DNA of 64,000 nucleotides. It comes from Curvularia clavata. Lineage: Eukaryota. Position numbers and translations under genes: made by a program. Location of the stretch: contig CP089275.1 in assembly GCA_023920165.1 (NCBI GenBank), positions 62,001-126,000 on the forward strand. Direction: 5' to 3'. Positions 25,422 through 36,865 of the stretch are shown one piece after another; the first letter of the stretch is position 1, and each line of letters opens with the position of its first letter. The notes beneath the pieces were generated by a model, which worked only from the letters and a program-made list of their open reading frames with translations, was not told the origin of the DNA and made no database searches.

Positions 25422-26234
25422 ATGGAGTCTTATATGGTCCCCAACTTCGAAGTCAAACTTCTCCTCAACCCCTTAGTGGTTCTAGGATCTGAAGGCAAAC
25501 TCAAGAACGATGTTTTGGCAGCCTTCAATATCTCTCAGAGCACCAAGAAGATGAATGTCCAATTTGTAGACACTGCAAAGAAAGACATCTACAACAGCGG
25601 CTGGAGCCTTCGCATTCGTAAAGAAGAGAATGCCGACAAGTTCGAATTGACGTATAAGAAGCGATACTTGGTCAATCAAGGGTATTCAACCACCACCGAG
25701 GAGAACATCAACGCAGCGCTCAACACGGCCAAGCAGGACGGTTTCGACTCCACTACCTCCTACAATGCCCAAGTGGAGGTGGGATACCAGAAGCAGACCC
25801 TGTCTATCAGCCTCGATAAAAAGAGACTCGACAGTGGTTTCTCAGAATTAGAGATGCCCAAAAAACAAAAGTCGCGCGATTTCCTCATCGAAAAAGCTCC
25901 CGATAAGTTCAAAGACTGGCAAAACAAAAGTTGGGGCACTCAGCATCTCGAGACGTCTATCATCTATGGACCAGTTCTTGCAAAGCGTTCCAAAGGTACT
26001 TTCGATGAGTTCACTCTATCGATTGAAGTGTGGTAGATTCGGAAGAGCAAGGAAGATGAGACTCTGGACCCCATCGTTGAAACTTCGTTCAAGACCCCCG
26101 ATTTGATTAGGGCGTTGGATGGGCGGGCTAAGCTTCAGGATTTCCCGAAGGACAAAGACTGGTTTCTTCCTGAGGATTCTTTGAAGACAAAGCTTGTCAT
26201 GGAACGGTACGGACAAACCACTTCGCGTCTTTGA
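25422..26234 (+). pseudogene. CYTH/triphosphate-tunnel-like hypothetical protein interrupted by one premature TAG
   Basis: PNFEVKLLL, GWSLRIRK, ELTYKKR; after TAG 26034-26036 the frame continues IRKSKEDETLDPIVETSFK...WFLPEDSLKTKLVMERYGQTTSRL* to 26234; intronless. Confidence 0.65.
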
Positions 26235-26902
26235 TGGATGGTCTCATCTATGCGACTCGATGTACATAGTTGGTCATCCCGTCTGGCGTTTTTGAAAAAG
26301 GGAGATTGCCTGTTCAAAGTACAAAGCTTTACCGCGGCGACGATAGCTCAATAGACTAATCCGACCTGCAAGCTGACAAGTGTAGAAACAAAATCGGTTA
26401 AGGGGGCCTTATAAGTCTATTGATTAGTATAGAAATGAATTACCATAACATTGATCATCTGTGAGCTAGTCCACTGTTGTGCTCTAAATTGGTATCAGGT
26501 GCATCCACTGCTCTGGTAACATTGTTAAATGATATTAAACAATGACTTTCTTATGAAACTGCAGACTCGCCTGCATGATCATCTGATAAACCATATTACG
26601 GATGATATTAACCCTAGTAATCAGGACCCTTACCCAAAGTGGATCACCTACAGGCTCCTGATGCGCGGGACACCACCTCTCTCGATACCTATACCCGTGA
26701 CACCGCTGCAGGATCTTGCACGTCACAGTATCGCTTGTGTCGGAAACATTATACTTAATTATACTATATGACTATTGATCACAGCGAAAACAAAGTAGTG
26801 GGGTGGTGCTTACAACTCATTCGCCACGGAGCAGCTTGTTACCTCAATTACACACCAGTCACATGTTAGGAGCCTTCGTATGCTCTTCATAGAACTCGGT
26901 CT

Positions 26903-28633
26903 TCACAAAAAGCATCGTTCCAATGCTCTGACCACCGAAAGGTAGAACGCTTCCTGGACAGTCTCGGGCTGCCCGGTCTCTCCTACACATAAATCACTCT
27001 TCAAGCATAAAGAGGTTGCCTCAGCAAAAGCATCGCCCATTCGGAATTTGATGCGTGGTATCGTATCCAGGAAGACTTCTCTAAAGCCTTCCCCTTCGTG
27101 CGTGTGATCTGCCACAGATCGGTCGAAGATTTGCGATGCAGTCAACCAAAGACCAATTTCCATCATCAATACACCAAAGCTATACAAATCCGCTTCGTAT
27201 GAGAAAGGTTGATGACCCTGAATATTCGTGTCGGTCGAGTCGTTTTTGGTTAAGGGGAGTCCTTGATGATCTGGATGTCGGTATAGATTTTCGAACCTGT
27301 CATCTCCTACGTTCTGCGTCAATCTTTGGACTGCAAACGTTCGACTGTACTCAAAGCCTCCAATGAAGGGCTCACAAAGATCGACATTCGAGATATCATC
27401 TGCCAAGAAAAGAATGTTGTCGCTTCGGATACCCTTGTGAAGCCAACAGCCAAGATGAAGGAATAAGAGTGCCTTTGAGAGCGTTTGGATGAGCTTCAGT
27501 ACATGGCTCAGGGACTTGGCGGCAAATGTTTCATCCATAAGCAGATCGAATAGTGTAAAGACATGTTTCTTTTCGTCCAGCTTGAAGATGAGCCCGTATT
27601 GAGCATCTTCTTGGGGAGGGACGGGCATATCAACTACTGCAATACAGTCAAGGGTGCGAAACTCTTTAGGCTTACTTGCTGAATGCAGCAACAATCCCAG
27701 GTCGTGAATGTGATCGTGCAATCCGTCTTTGACAGCGGGAGACAAAGTGTTTGGAATCATTCTCCACTCGATCAGTACTTGTGTGCTAGGTATGTCATGC
27801 GCCCTAAATGTGGCGAGACTGCGTTTTCCTGTCGATCGTCCTATGGTAACCACGCTCTGCTGATGCGATATGCCTCGATGGCTCCTCATTAATTCGCGAC
27901 CACGGAGAGCCTCTGCACGATTGGCCATTTCTGAAGCCGCAGCTGTGAAGCTAGCAATGCTTCCTACTATCTCCGCTGCTAGATCTCCGGCAAAAGCATC
28001 ATGCACGGCCCTCGATGCCGCCGCATTGGGGGCTGATAACAGTTGTTGGCTGAATACCACGGGTGCAAGGGGGTCGACGGCCGGAGGCACAAAGAAGTCT
28101 TCAAGCTCCCTCACTAGCGTTGCGACTTGGTCGACCATTTGCAACCCTTTACCCCCTCGACGAGCCCATCTCCATCGTTGAATGATGTTAGCGTGGTTGA
28201 TGGAAGTAACTTCCTGTTGAAGCTCCTTCAGTTGCAGAACTCCGGGGGCGTCTGCTTGAGCAATCTCAGCCAGCTGCGCCACGCGTTGAGCCGAGCCTTG
28301 ATCCTGTGGTAGTACCGCGCTCCTGAACAGCGAAGGGAACTTCCTTTCGAAGTTTTCCATTGCAGTCAGGCGGTGTTGAATTATCAGCAAGTATCTGACA
28401 GCAAGGAATCCATACTCTCGAAAACGTCGATTTTCCAGATGTCTGCGTTCCTTGAGCCCCCAATCGAGGGCCCACGATTTGAGACGCGCCCGTGTCATGT
28501 CAAGTCTGGTTTTTATAACAACAACATCCTCACCAACTTCGTTGGCACTCTTCCACAGATCAATCACGGTAATAGTGGTGTCCACGACTTGGAAGACGAA
28601 ACCTATCACTCCAAATGCTTCCAGTCCGGACAT
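26903..28633 (-). CDS. HeLo/HET-S-like N-terminal domain + C-terminal pseudokinase (MLKL-like architecture), 576 aa, intronless
   Basis: N-terminus MSGLEAFGVIGFVFQVVDTTITVIDLW...RLDMTRARLKSWALDWGL resembles HeLo; C-terminus VLIEWR, FRTLDC, WLHKGIRSDNILF, IGGFEYSR, NLYRHPD, ADLYSFGVLMMEIGLW is a kinase fold lacking HRD and DFG. Confidence 0.85.
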   Translation of the reverse strand: MSGLEAFGVIGFVFQVVDTTITVIDLWKSANEVGEDVVVIKTRLDMTRARLKSWALDWGLKERRHLENRRFREYGFLAVRYLLIIQHRLTAMENFERKFPSLFRSAVLPQDQGSAQRVAQLAEIAQADAPGVLQLKELQQEVTSINHANIIQRWRWARRGGKGLQMVDQVATLVRELEDFFVPPAVDPLAPVVFSQQLLSAPNAAASRAVHDAFAGDLAAEIVGSIASFTAAASEMANRAEALRGRELMRSHRGISHQQSVVTIGRSTGKRSLATFRAHDIPSTQVLIEWRMIPNTLSPAVKDGLHDHIHDLGLLLHSASKPKEFRTLDCIAVVDMPVPPQEDAQYGLIFKLDEKKHVFTLFDLLMDETFAAKSLSHVLKLIQTLSKALLFLHLGCWLHKGIRSDNILFLADDISNVDLCEPFIGGFEYSRTFAVQRLTQNVGDDRFENLYRHPDHQGLPLTKNDSTDTNIQGHQPFSYEADLYSFGVLMMEIGLWLTASQIFDRSVADHTHEGEGFREVFLDTIPRIKFRMGDAFAEATSLCLKSDLCVGETGQPETVQEAFYLSVVRALERCFL

Positions 28634-29515
28634 GGTCACTCGTTGAATATGGGCCACTGATATCCTGTTCGGTTCGAGGTTGTAAGAAGCTGAGAACAAC
28701 CGCAGTGTTTGTGAGACTATTCTTCGCGAGTGCGCCGAGCTGCGGGGTTGTTGAGTGCTTTCCACTACCCCGCATCTTCAGCCGCACAAAGGCACCTGAG
28801 AGGCTATCAGAGCTATTATACCTGGGCACATGGTTACAAGATGGTTGTCTGGATAATTGGCTGAGCAGATGTTAGCGTACCGAATCCCTTTTTAGCCAAT
28901 TAGATAGAAATTATTAGTCACAAGATTCTCTCGTATTAGTTAGCAAAGGCTTTGATACCTTAAGGTCTGCTTTACCAGTTACCCAGATAGCCATATTGTA
29001 ACCACGTGCCAGCATGGAGCTATTTATGGAGATGGCGAGGTCGGATACGCTGACAACTCAGCTGAAGAACCCAGATCCAAAAGGTTCTGGGCGTCATTTT
29101 GTGATGGCCATGCCTGGAGACCTGCCAATAGCTGCGATGGGAGCAACGCGGAAGGTTTGGGCATGCAGCTCATGGCGCTGGATACTAACAACAAGCGCAT
29201 GGCCACTTCAGCCTACTTGCAGGGAAGGACTGAATGATGCACTTGGAGCTAACATCATATTTTCTGTCATAAAAGAAGGGATAATCATAAAGAGGTCACC
29301 ATCTGTAATGGTCTAAGCAACATTCACATACTGTTAACGCTATTCCTATAGGGTATAGTGTCGTTTTCACCATATATAGCTCTCTCAGCTCACACAGCTT
29401 ACGACACGCGGCTTTTTTTTCATACTAATCTGACCCTCTGATCTCCACGCTATCCCTAGTGTAAGAGTGAAGCATCCTGTCAATCAGCCTTTTTTTCTGT
29501 AATGTGTCTCAAACC

Positions 29516-32500
29516 ATGGCACAAACATCCAACACATCGCGAGATTTCACTTTCAGTCTGCATTCACTGCTTAAAACAGCCCTTGATGCTATTGGAGATC
29601 GCCCATGGCTCCAGATGGAATTGCTTGCAAATACTTGCATCGAGGAGAAGGTGTTTGAAAAAGAATCACCTCTGGGAGTCGGTGGCTACTTTTACATCCT
29701 ACGGAGCCAGCCCTCTGATCTCCTAAAATATGTCGATTCGAAGCTGAAGCCCAGCATGATCCATCGATTCACGCTTCTGCAATATAATACTGTCATCCTA
29801 CGAACGCCGAAGAGCAACCTCGATCAGCATACCGCCGGTGGTCAACGGATACTGGACTCTCTGGCGACTGAGATCCAAATACTTAAGGACGAGCGGCTCA
29901 ATAGCCACCCAAATATTGTTGGTCTTCTTGGTCTATGCTGGGAGTTTGGTGGTGGCTCGCGCCAACTTGCGATGCCTGTAATGGTCCTTGAAACTGCTGA
30001 AGCTGGCGATTTATCCACGTACACGCAACGGACGTCAAAATTAGGAGCGCGAGACAGGCTGCGTCTAGCAATACACTGCTTTGAAGGGCTTCGTGCAATT
30101 CATAATGTCGGCGTCATTCACGCAGACATCAAACCCGAGAATGTCTTGATCTTCACAGATACCAACGGCAGGCCTCACGCAAAGCTTGCTGACTTCGGAT
30201 GCTCCATCCTCTTAAACGAGGTTGATACTTTGACACGGCTGGAATCAGGAACACCGCTGTGGCAGAGTCCGAGGGTCTCTGATGCACTCAATGCGCAACA
30301 ACTCCGCGCAACTGACACATATTCATTGACGCTGGTAACTTCGCTCTTGTTGATCGGATACCCCATGTATGCTGTACTCGAAAAGGTAGTGAAATCTGGT
30401 GATGATGGAAAGTCTCTGGACGAACTCAAGGCCGAAGAAGGAGCCCTCGCTACCCTCATCTTGAGGATGCAAAGAGAAGCCGACGAATTGCAGGAGAAAT
30501 GCTTCGATAAAGATGTCACTGCACTTGTTGCAATGTTCTTCCGCGTAGGAGTGTCACTTGACGAGGAAGTAGCCATTGGTGGAACCGATCTACCTCTCAG
30601 GCTGTTGAGAGTGATGCTGCATCGTGAGATCGTAATCGCGGTAACAAGAGACGCTCGGATTCATGATACCCTAGATGAGCTTGAGAAAGATGTCTACCTC
30701 TGCCCAGGTGAGGGTCATCGGAGTCAACTAAGAAGTTAACATGTATCCTAACCATCTCAAGATATATTTGGCATAGGGTTGGGCGAAGTGGACGAGATTG
30801 CACGTTGGTACACTGCCGCGACAGACATCAACCAACAAGCAGACCCGGAGTCACCTGTGCCTCTGCTTCATCACCCACATGCAGCCGTGTCAAGAGATCA
30901 TACCAACAGAAGAAAAAATACGAAATTTCAATTTCCAAATGCAATAAACAGTGGTTCACCGTCGACGGCATATCTGAGGCGACCTCCGCTTGCGGAGAGC
31001 ATCATATCGGTGAGGACAAGTAGCTCAATCACAGTATATGCTGACAGATCTAGTTCAACCGCTATTTCAGCAGATTAAGGCGCCTACCAGCACGAGTCTC
31101 TACGGATCTTCTTGTCTCACTCCGCCAAATCGCCAACTCTGATCAGCTTGACAAAACTCTGGGTGGCCTCGCTTCTTACGAAATGGCGGCATTCATCATT
31201 GGAAGCCACAGGATAGCTCCCACTGAAGACCAATCGCTTCAAGACGAATCGCTTCAGGATGCTGGCAAATATATCCTACAGGCTGCGAGGATTGGGCATG
31301 CAGCTGCTCGTATCCATTTTGGGACAATACTGGACTGGATCGGCATTCCAAACCCCATCGACAAGGACGTTGAGGCCAGCTGGTGTTATATGTCTGCTGT
31401 GGCGGATAATCTCTGCGCGTCATCCAGATTGAAGCTTCTAAGCCCAGCGAGACACATCGAAGCGATGCAAGAAAGGGTTGACCTGGTGGCCTCCAGTATC
31501 CTGAGTTCCCTTGTCATTTCGTGCGCATCGTCGGATCAAGAATTCTCTGAAAGTGCCTTTCTTCAGGGGAGTCAAGAGCTAATGTCTTTTATTCCTGATA
31601 TCTGCCTCTATTTGGTTTGCAAAAGCTGGCATCTCAGTTTGAAGGTGGTTCTTCAACTACCTGGTATTGACGTGGATATGGATCTAGGCACGCATTCGTC
31701 GCTTCTCCTTTGTGCTTGCCAGAAGGGCGACTATGTGATTGCAAGGCTTCTCATTGAGCATTTTGCAACTCCTAAAGCAAACTCTGACGGACTCACGCCT
31801 CTACATTACCTTCACCGCTTTCCAGACGATCAAATTCTTCCAATGGCAAAGCTGCTAAAAGACGCGGGCGCGGATCTCGAGGCACGGTGCGAACTGCAGA
31901 CACAGTGTACCATCGGACAAACAGATCTGTCTGACACTCTTCTGAGTGCAACGGCACTTCTGTTTGCAGTTGCAAATCGCAATCTCCTTGCAGTCTCTGC
32001 TCTCATTTCCCTGGGCGCAGATCCATTCAGTGGCGCTAAGCCCTACGAAAAATACGACAGCGATATGTCCGCTAAGCAGAACGGCCGGATATATTCCCCT
32101 GTACATTATGCTGCACGATTGCATCTATCAGACATATTGCAGGCGATGCTGCCAGAGAACAAGAAATGTGAGCAACTCTATGACTGGATGTGCTATGAGA
32201 CAGAAACTTTGAAAGTCACACCTCTGTGGTGCGCAGTAGACTATTGGTATCAAGGTCTGTGGGATCGGGTCCTCCTTCACGGCCAGGATCATATCACGCA
32301 ATGCAAGAAGACCATCGACATTCTCCTAAATCGTGGCGCTCAAGGCCATTTTGTGTGCTGGGACACAACTACGCATGCTCGTCAGTCAGTCTTCACAGCA
32401 GCATGCCTCTTCGGACAACCTTTCGTGTTGAGCTATCTACGCACCCTGGGTATGGAGCCTTCAACCAAGAATTTGGTCATGACTTTGCAAAATGCGCTTG

Positions 32501-33861
32501 AGGCTGAGGACTCCAAAGCGATTGATTATCTACTACCCATCGCTGAAAAAAGAACATCAAGCTCAGAGCAGAAATATGAACTCAAGGCATCTATTCAAGG
32601 CCATAAAACATCGGACTACCTCGAATATCTCTACTGCATCAAAGAAAAGCTCGAAGCAAATTCCGAATCAAATCTTGGACTGAAGCTCGTTCGTGATGAG
32701 AAGCTCGCGGAAGTCATTGGGCCGGATGATGGCCGTAATATCTTTCAGCAGAAAATCTCTGGCGGTGGTTTTAAAATGACGTTCACCTTCAGGCCTGGTC
32801 CAGGAGGCCATACAGTGATGGAACCTGAGGGTGAGCCAAGCACGATGCCACCAAAAGGTACACCTCTATCATCGAACCAAGACGAGAGTCACATGTCTGC
32901 TTTCGAGCTCGCTGTCCTAGGTGGCTATGAAGATCGCGCTCGCGAGCTATTTGAGAAGGAGCAGTGCGACACGCTGTGCCGAAGAACAGATGAAAACGGC
33001 CAGACTACGACGCTCATCGGCCGACTCATTCAAAAAAGCAGGCGTTATTCAGCGGCGGACAATCACGTTTTGTTTGTGTTGAGATTGACGCCACCGAGCC
33101 ATGAAGAATTCTTTGATGCAGTAGCGGAAAGCGATTCCCCCAAAGGCCAACGCCTGACCATCCTTCATCTCGCTTCGGTGCTCCCGGAGTGGGCTCTTAC
33201 CTACACCCCAAGGGCTCCGCGTGCGATCATTTCCGAAATACTAAACAAGTACTCTGGGCCAGATCACCTCAACGCGATCACAGGTCCCGGCTCCGAATCC
33301 GTCGCAGCCCTCCACCTAGCCGTTAATTCGGGAAATCTCGACGCGTTAAAAGAACTCGAGTTTGAAGCCTTGGATTGGAACATTGTCGACGGGTCAGGTT
33401 GCACGCCCATGGATGTGGCGGGTCTGCGCCAACAGAATGTACACAATTTCTTACAGAACACACGCAAACTCTCACGCGATGAAAACCCCGCATCCTACCG
33501 CGACTCTGTCAACGAGTATCGATCCAATGTTGTTCGTATGCAAAAATTGCTAGTCAACAAGGGGGGCAGGCACATCAAGTACGGCGGGTTCATGTACCGC
33601 CGTAGTGAAGACATGTGGGAGCTAACAGATTTCCAGAGTTTTGTCTGTCGGGAGTTGCCGGTGATGGAACATCTGGAATTTATCGAAAAAAATCAGGCAG
33701 ATTGGAAGAGTCCGGCACGGAAAGCACATGTGGAGAAACTGCGTTCATGGAGTAGGCTCGAGGTTGACGAGAGTATGCTTTGTCCGCTTCTGCCACAGCC
33801 TCCAAGTAGTGCAGATGAAACAGAGTCTTCTGCAGACCATCATGAAACACAACCAATATGA
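29516..33861 (+). CDS. Protein kinase + SEL1/TPR-like helices + ankyrin-repeat protein (~1415 aa, 3 exons)
   Basis: Exons 29516-30707, 30762-31009 and 31054-33861 splice in frame (4248 nt); LGVGGY, HPNIVGLLG, HADIKPEN, KLADFG; repeats such as DGLTPLHY, TALLFAVANRN, SPVHYAA, TPLWCAV, AALHLAVNSGN, GCTPMDVA. Confidence 0.85.
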
Positions 33862-34230
33862 GGCGGCGAAAGAGGCCTCAGTAGCGCCAAGATAGGCTTC
33901 GTGCTACAGTTTTGTACCATATTCAGCTATGTTGTACTTTCCAATTCGCAAACTCTAAGGCCTCTAATTCATAATGAAAGAGACTCAGTATTAGTATTGA
34001 CTTGATATTAGAAGTCTTATATTGCTTCTACTCAGGACACTACTCTTAACAAGTACGTCTTGCCCCTTTAAGCCTACACCACGCGGGACGTCACCTAGCT
34101 AGCACGAGTAACTTATATAAAGTAGCAAGGAGAATTTTCTCCTGGACAGCCAATGCGAAGTTGGAAGCCAATCAGCGGCTACATCTAAAGTTACGGATCA
34201 TGGCGAGGTGACGATCACGTGATCTAGACT
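33862..34230. repeat. Degenerate dispersed repeat, copy A
   Basis: Begins GGCGGCGAAA...GCGCCAA; the first ~95 bp align by eye at roughly two-thirds identity with 37877-37970; both copies have a downstream ATCACGT..CTAGACTC. Confidence 0.45.
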
Positions 34231-35040
34231 CCTGCCAAGAGCTAGTCTCCCGCCAAGAGCAGAGGAGTATATCCCAAGCCCTGTGTAAAACATATAGTGA
34301 TACATTTCACAGCATTTTGTTAGTATCTCTAGCCATTATTGGCTGAGACTTTATGCTTAGTCGGGCCGTTACCCAGTCGAAACCATTTGTAACAACAAAT
34401 CGGCCCTACCTATCAATCAAGCTCGAGTCAGCCCAACTTGTCAACCAAATCTAAGAATACTAAGGAATTCGTGCTCGACGAGGCTCCGAACTAGAATCAT
34501 CATATAGCGCATTCAACAAACGGTGCTAAAATTAGAATGGCACCCATAGGTAGTACACCTTGTCATCTTTGTTGCAACAGTTTGATTTAGACTAAGACTA
34601 CAAGCTGCAGTGACCTCAGTAAATGCCCATAGAAGCGGGCGTCAACAGGGCTCATGTTTTTTTCCAGGCGACTCATCCTTTCATCTCAATCCTGCAGTTT
34701 GCATAATCAAAAGTTCAGATATCTGTTCTGCCAAGCGTATATTTCTGGAGGAGGATTTTGGGGTTGTCTCGTGCAGGGTTAACTAGGGGTCGCGTTGTCC
34801 TCGGACCGAATACGATGTGGGCTACATGATATGGAACGAGGCAATAGCGATAGTAGCTATACCAGTATGAAGAGCTAGAAAGGTATAAAAGTTGAAGTTC
34901 AGCCGTCTACATATCTACTATACATTCAGTTCATATCATCTTCGTTTCTTCATCTTCAAAGGTCGCCTCTTCTTCTCTTTAACGCCTTCCATTCTATTAT
35001 CAAGCTCTATTCTTCAACTTCAAGTCTGTGACTTTTCAGC

Positions 35041-35649
35041 ATGCCTTCTTTCACCACCATCATCGTCGCAGTCGCTGGCTGTTCTGCTGTCGTCAATGGT
35101 GCTGCTGTCCCTTCAAAGAGCGGCCTTTCCTCTATCTCTCTCGAGGCGCGCGGCGACAGCCTCAGCAAGCGTGAGCCAGTCACTACTGCTATTCTCCTTG
35201 CGGCTGGTACCGCCGCTGTCAGCGCTGTAGTCACCGAGGCCATCGGCGCCGCTGCTAAGTTCATTGGCGACGTCTCCAATTTCGATTCCGCTCGCGAAGC
35301 CTTCACTCAGCAGACCACCAAAGAGATGATGGCTAGAAACCCCGATCCTGCTCGATTCCAAGCCGCCGCCTGCTACAATCAGGGCTTCTCGGTCGCTGAC
35401 CCCGCCAACATCGATGGACAGAATTCCGTTGAGTTCAAGCTTGGACTTCTCAACACCGACTACGAGTGCATGTATATTGCCGCTCCCAACCAGTTCTTCA
35501 CAGAGGGTGACGGTGGCTTCATCAACGTGAGTCTCAACTGCACCCAGAAACTTATGAGAACCTTAATTAACAACAAAAAACAGCTTTCATTTGAACACAC
35601 TGATCGCTGCACTTTCGATAAGGCTACTGCTGATCTTACTTGCGTCTAG
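35041..35649 (+). CDS. Small secreted cysteine-containing protein with Kex2-type propeptide (~183 aa after splicing); candidate effector or toxin
   Basis: Signal peptide MPSFTTIIVAVAGCSAVVNG, LSKR processing site, TATAAAA near 34885; in-frame 57-nt intron 35527-35583 (GTGAGT...CAG). Confidence 0.85.
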   Translation: MPSFTTIIVAVAGCSAVVNGAAVPSKSGLSSISLEARGDSLSKREPVTTAILLAAGTAAVSAVVTEAIGAAAKFIGDVSNFDSAREAFTQQTTKEMMARNPDPARFQAAACYNQGFSVADPANIDGQNSVEFKLGLLNTDYECMYIAAPNQFFTEGDGGFINVSLNCTQKLMRTLINNKKQLSFEHTDRCTFDKATADLTCV

Positions 35650-36865
35650 ACGACTACACACAAAGATGTCAAATGGGATGTAATATCACACGCTCAATAA
35701 GATTTCTCTAGTGTAACGAAGTTACTGTATAGTAAATTGTACCAAACCCTCCGTAGCTGCCGGGCCTGGATTAGTACCAGCCCAAACCAGATTAGTATAA
35801 AGACTGGGTGCGCTGGTATCTTATTCTGTAGATTTCTGATATTCTTTCGCACAAGACCTATAGATATCTAGTTGAGAATTCAAGCCTATTCCAAGATTCC
35901 ATATATTTCTATACGTCTCTCAGTGATCCTACTACCAGATCGAATCTGATCAGTCTTTCCTTCGCCGTTACTGAACAATCATGTACTAGCATATGCCAAG
36001 GCATCTAGGTGGATTCAAGGAGCGATGCGATACCACCTGCGGTTAGCCTTGAGCTACTAAGTTCTTCCAACCAGTAAAGCTCAAATGGAATGATTGATTG
36101 TGTAAAGCGGAAGCGAGCGGGAGAGGAACTTTTTTTTTTTTGATTGGATAATCATTTGTTAGTGATTTACGGTCGTGATTTAAGCGCCAGCAACGGAGGG
36201 TATATAGAGGTGAAGTCCTCCAGCACAAGCGAGTATTCTCAGCTGCTCCTCTTCCCCTTCTTCATTCGCTTGGCAGTGACTGTGCTACGATAGTGGATGT
36301 AATCTGTGGGATGTGGTGATTTGTAGCGGAGCGTAATAGAGAACCTCCTAACGCACTAGGTATGAATGCAATTATCGAGTGTCGGGTTAGAGCTGTGAAA
36401 CATGGGACAGAAAGTCCACATTGATTAGCCATCCTTACAATAGAGTCGGGCTGTGATATAGTGCAGTAGACAGCAGCCCCATAGAAAGACCGTAATAAAT
36501 TACTATTCAGCAACTTTTCGATTCTTTGCGAAGCTAGCGCTGCCCGACTCCATGAAGATCAGTTTGTGGCTCTTGGAGTTGTTGGCTCGTTAGGATTTTT
36601 ATAAACCATGATAGGCAGAAGTTACTACGGCACAGCGAGTCATTGAAATGCGCCACTCGCTTGCCATGCACTTTACAGGAAAGGCCTGAAAGCATTGCTC
36701 GTTGCCTACACTGGTAGCTGCGTTACCCCGCCTGACCACACTCATCAGACTACAAGATTCACGTCGGTTTGCAGCACCGGTATAGACAATCGCATCACAG
36801 GCATCTCTGTCGCACTACATACATAGAACGAGCCCTGATTCGTCGTCTATTACTATCAGCTTACT

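Noticed and set aside
28634..28765. 44-aa N-terminal extension of the HeLo ORF (620-aa call)
   Set aside because: It starts at GTG, not ATG; HeLo-type proteins begin at the hydrophobic helix, matching the ATG at 28633
26903..33861. Amyloid signalling motif (HET-s PFD, PP/RHIM) or NACHT domain linking the pair
   Set aside because: No N/G/Q-rich pseudo-repeat at the relevant termini and no P-loop seen; an HMM scan is needed to exclude them fully
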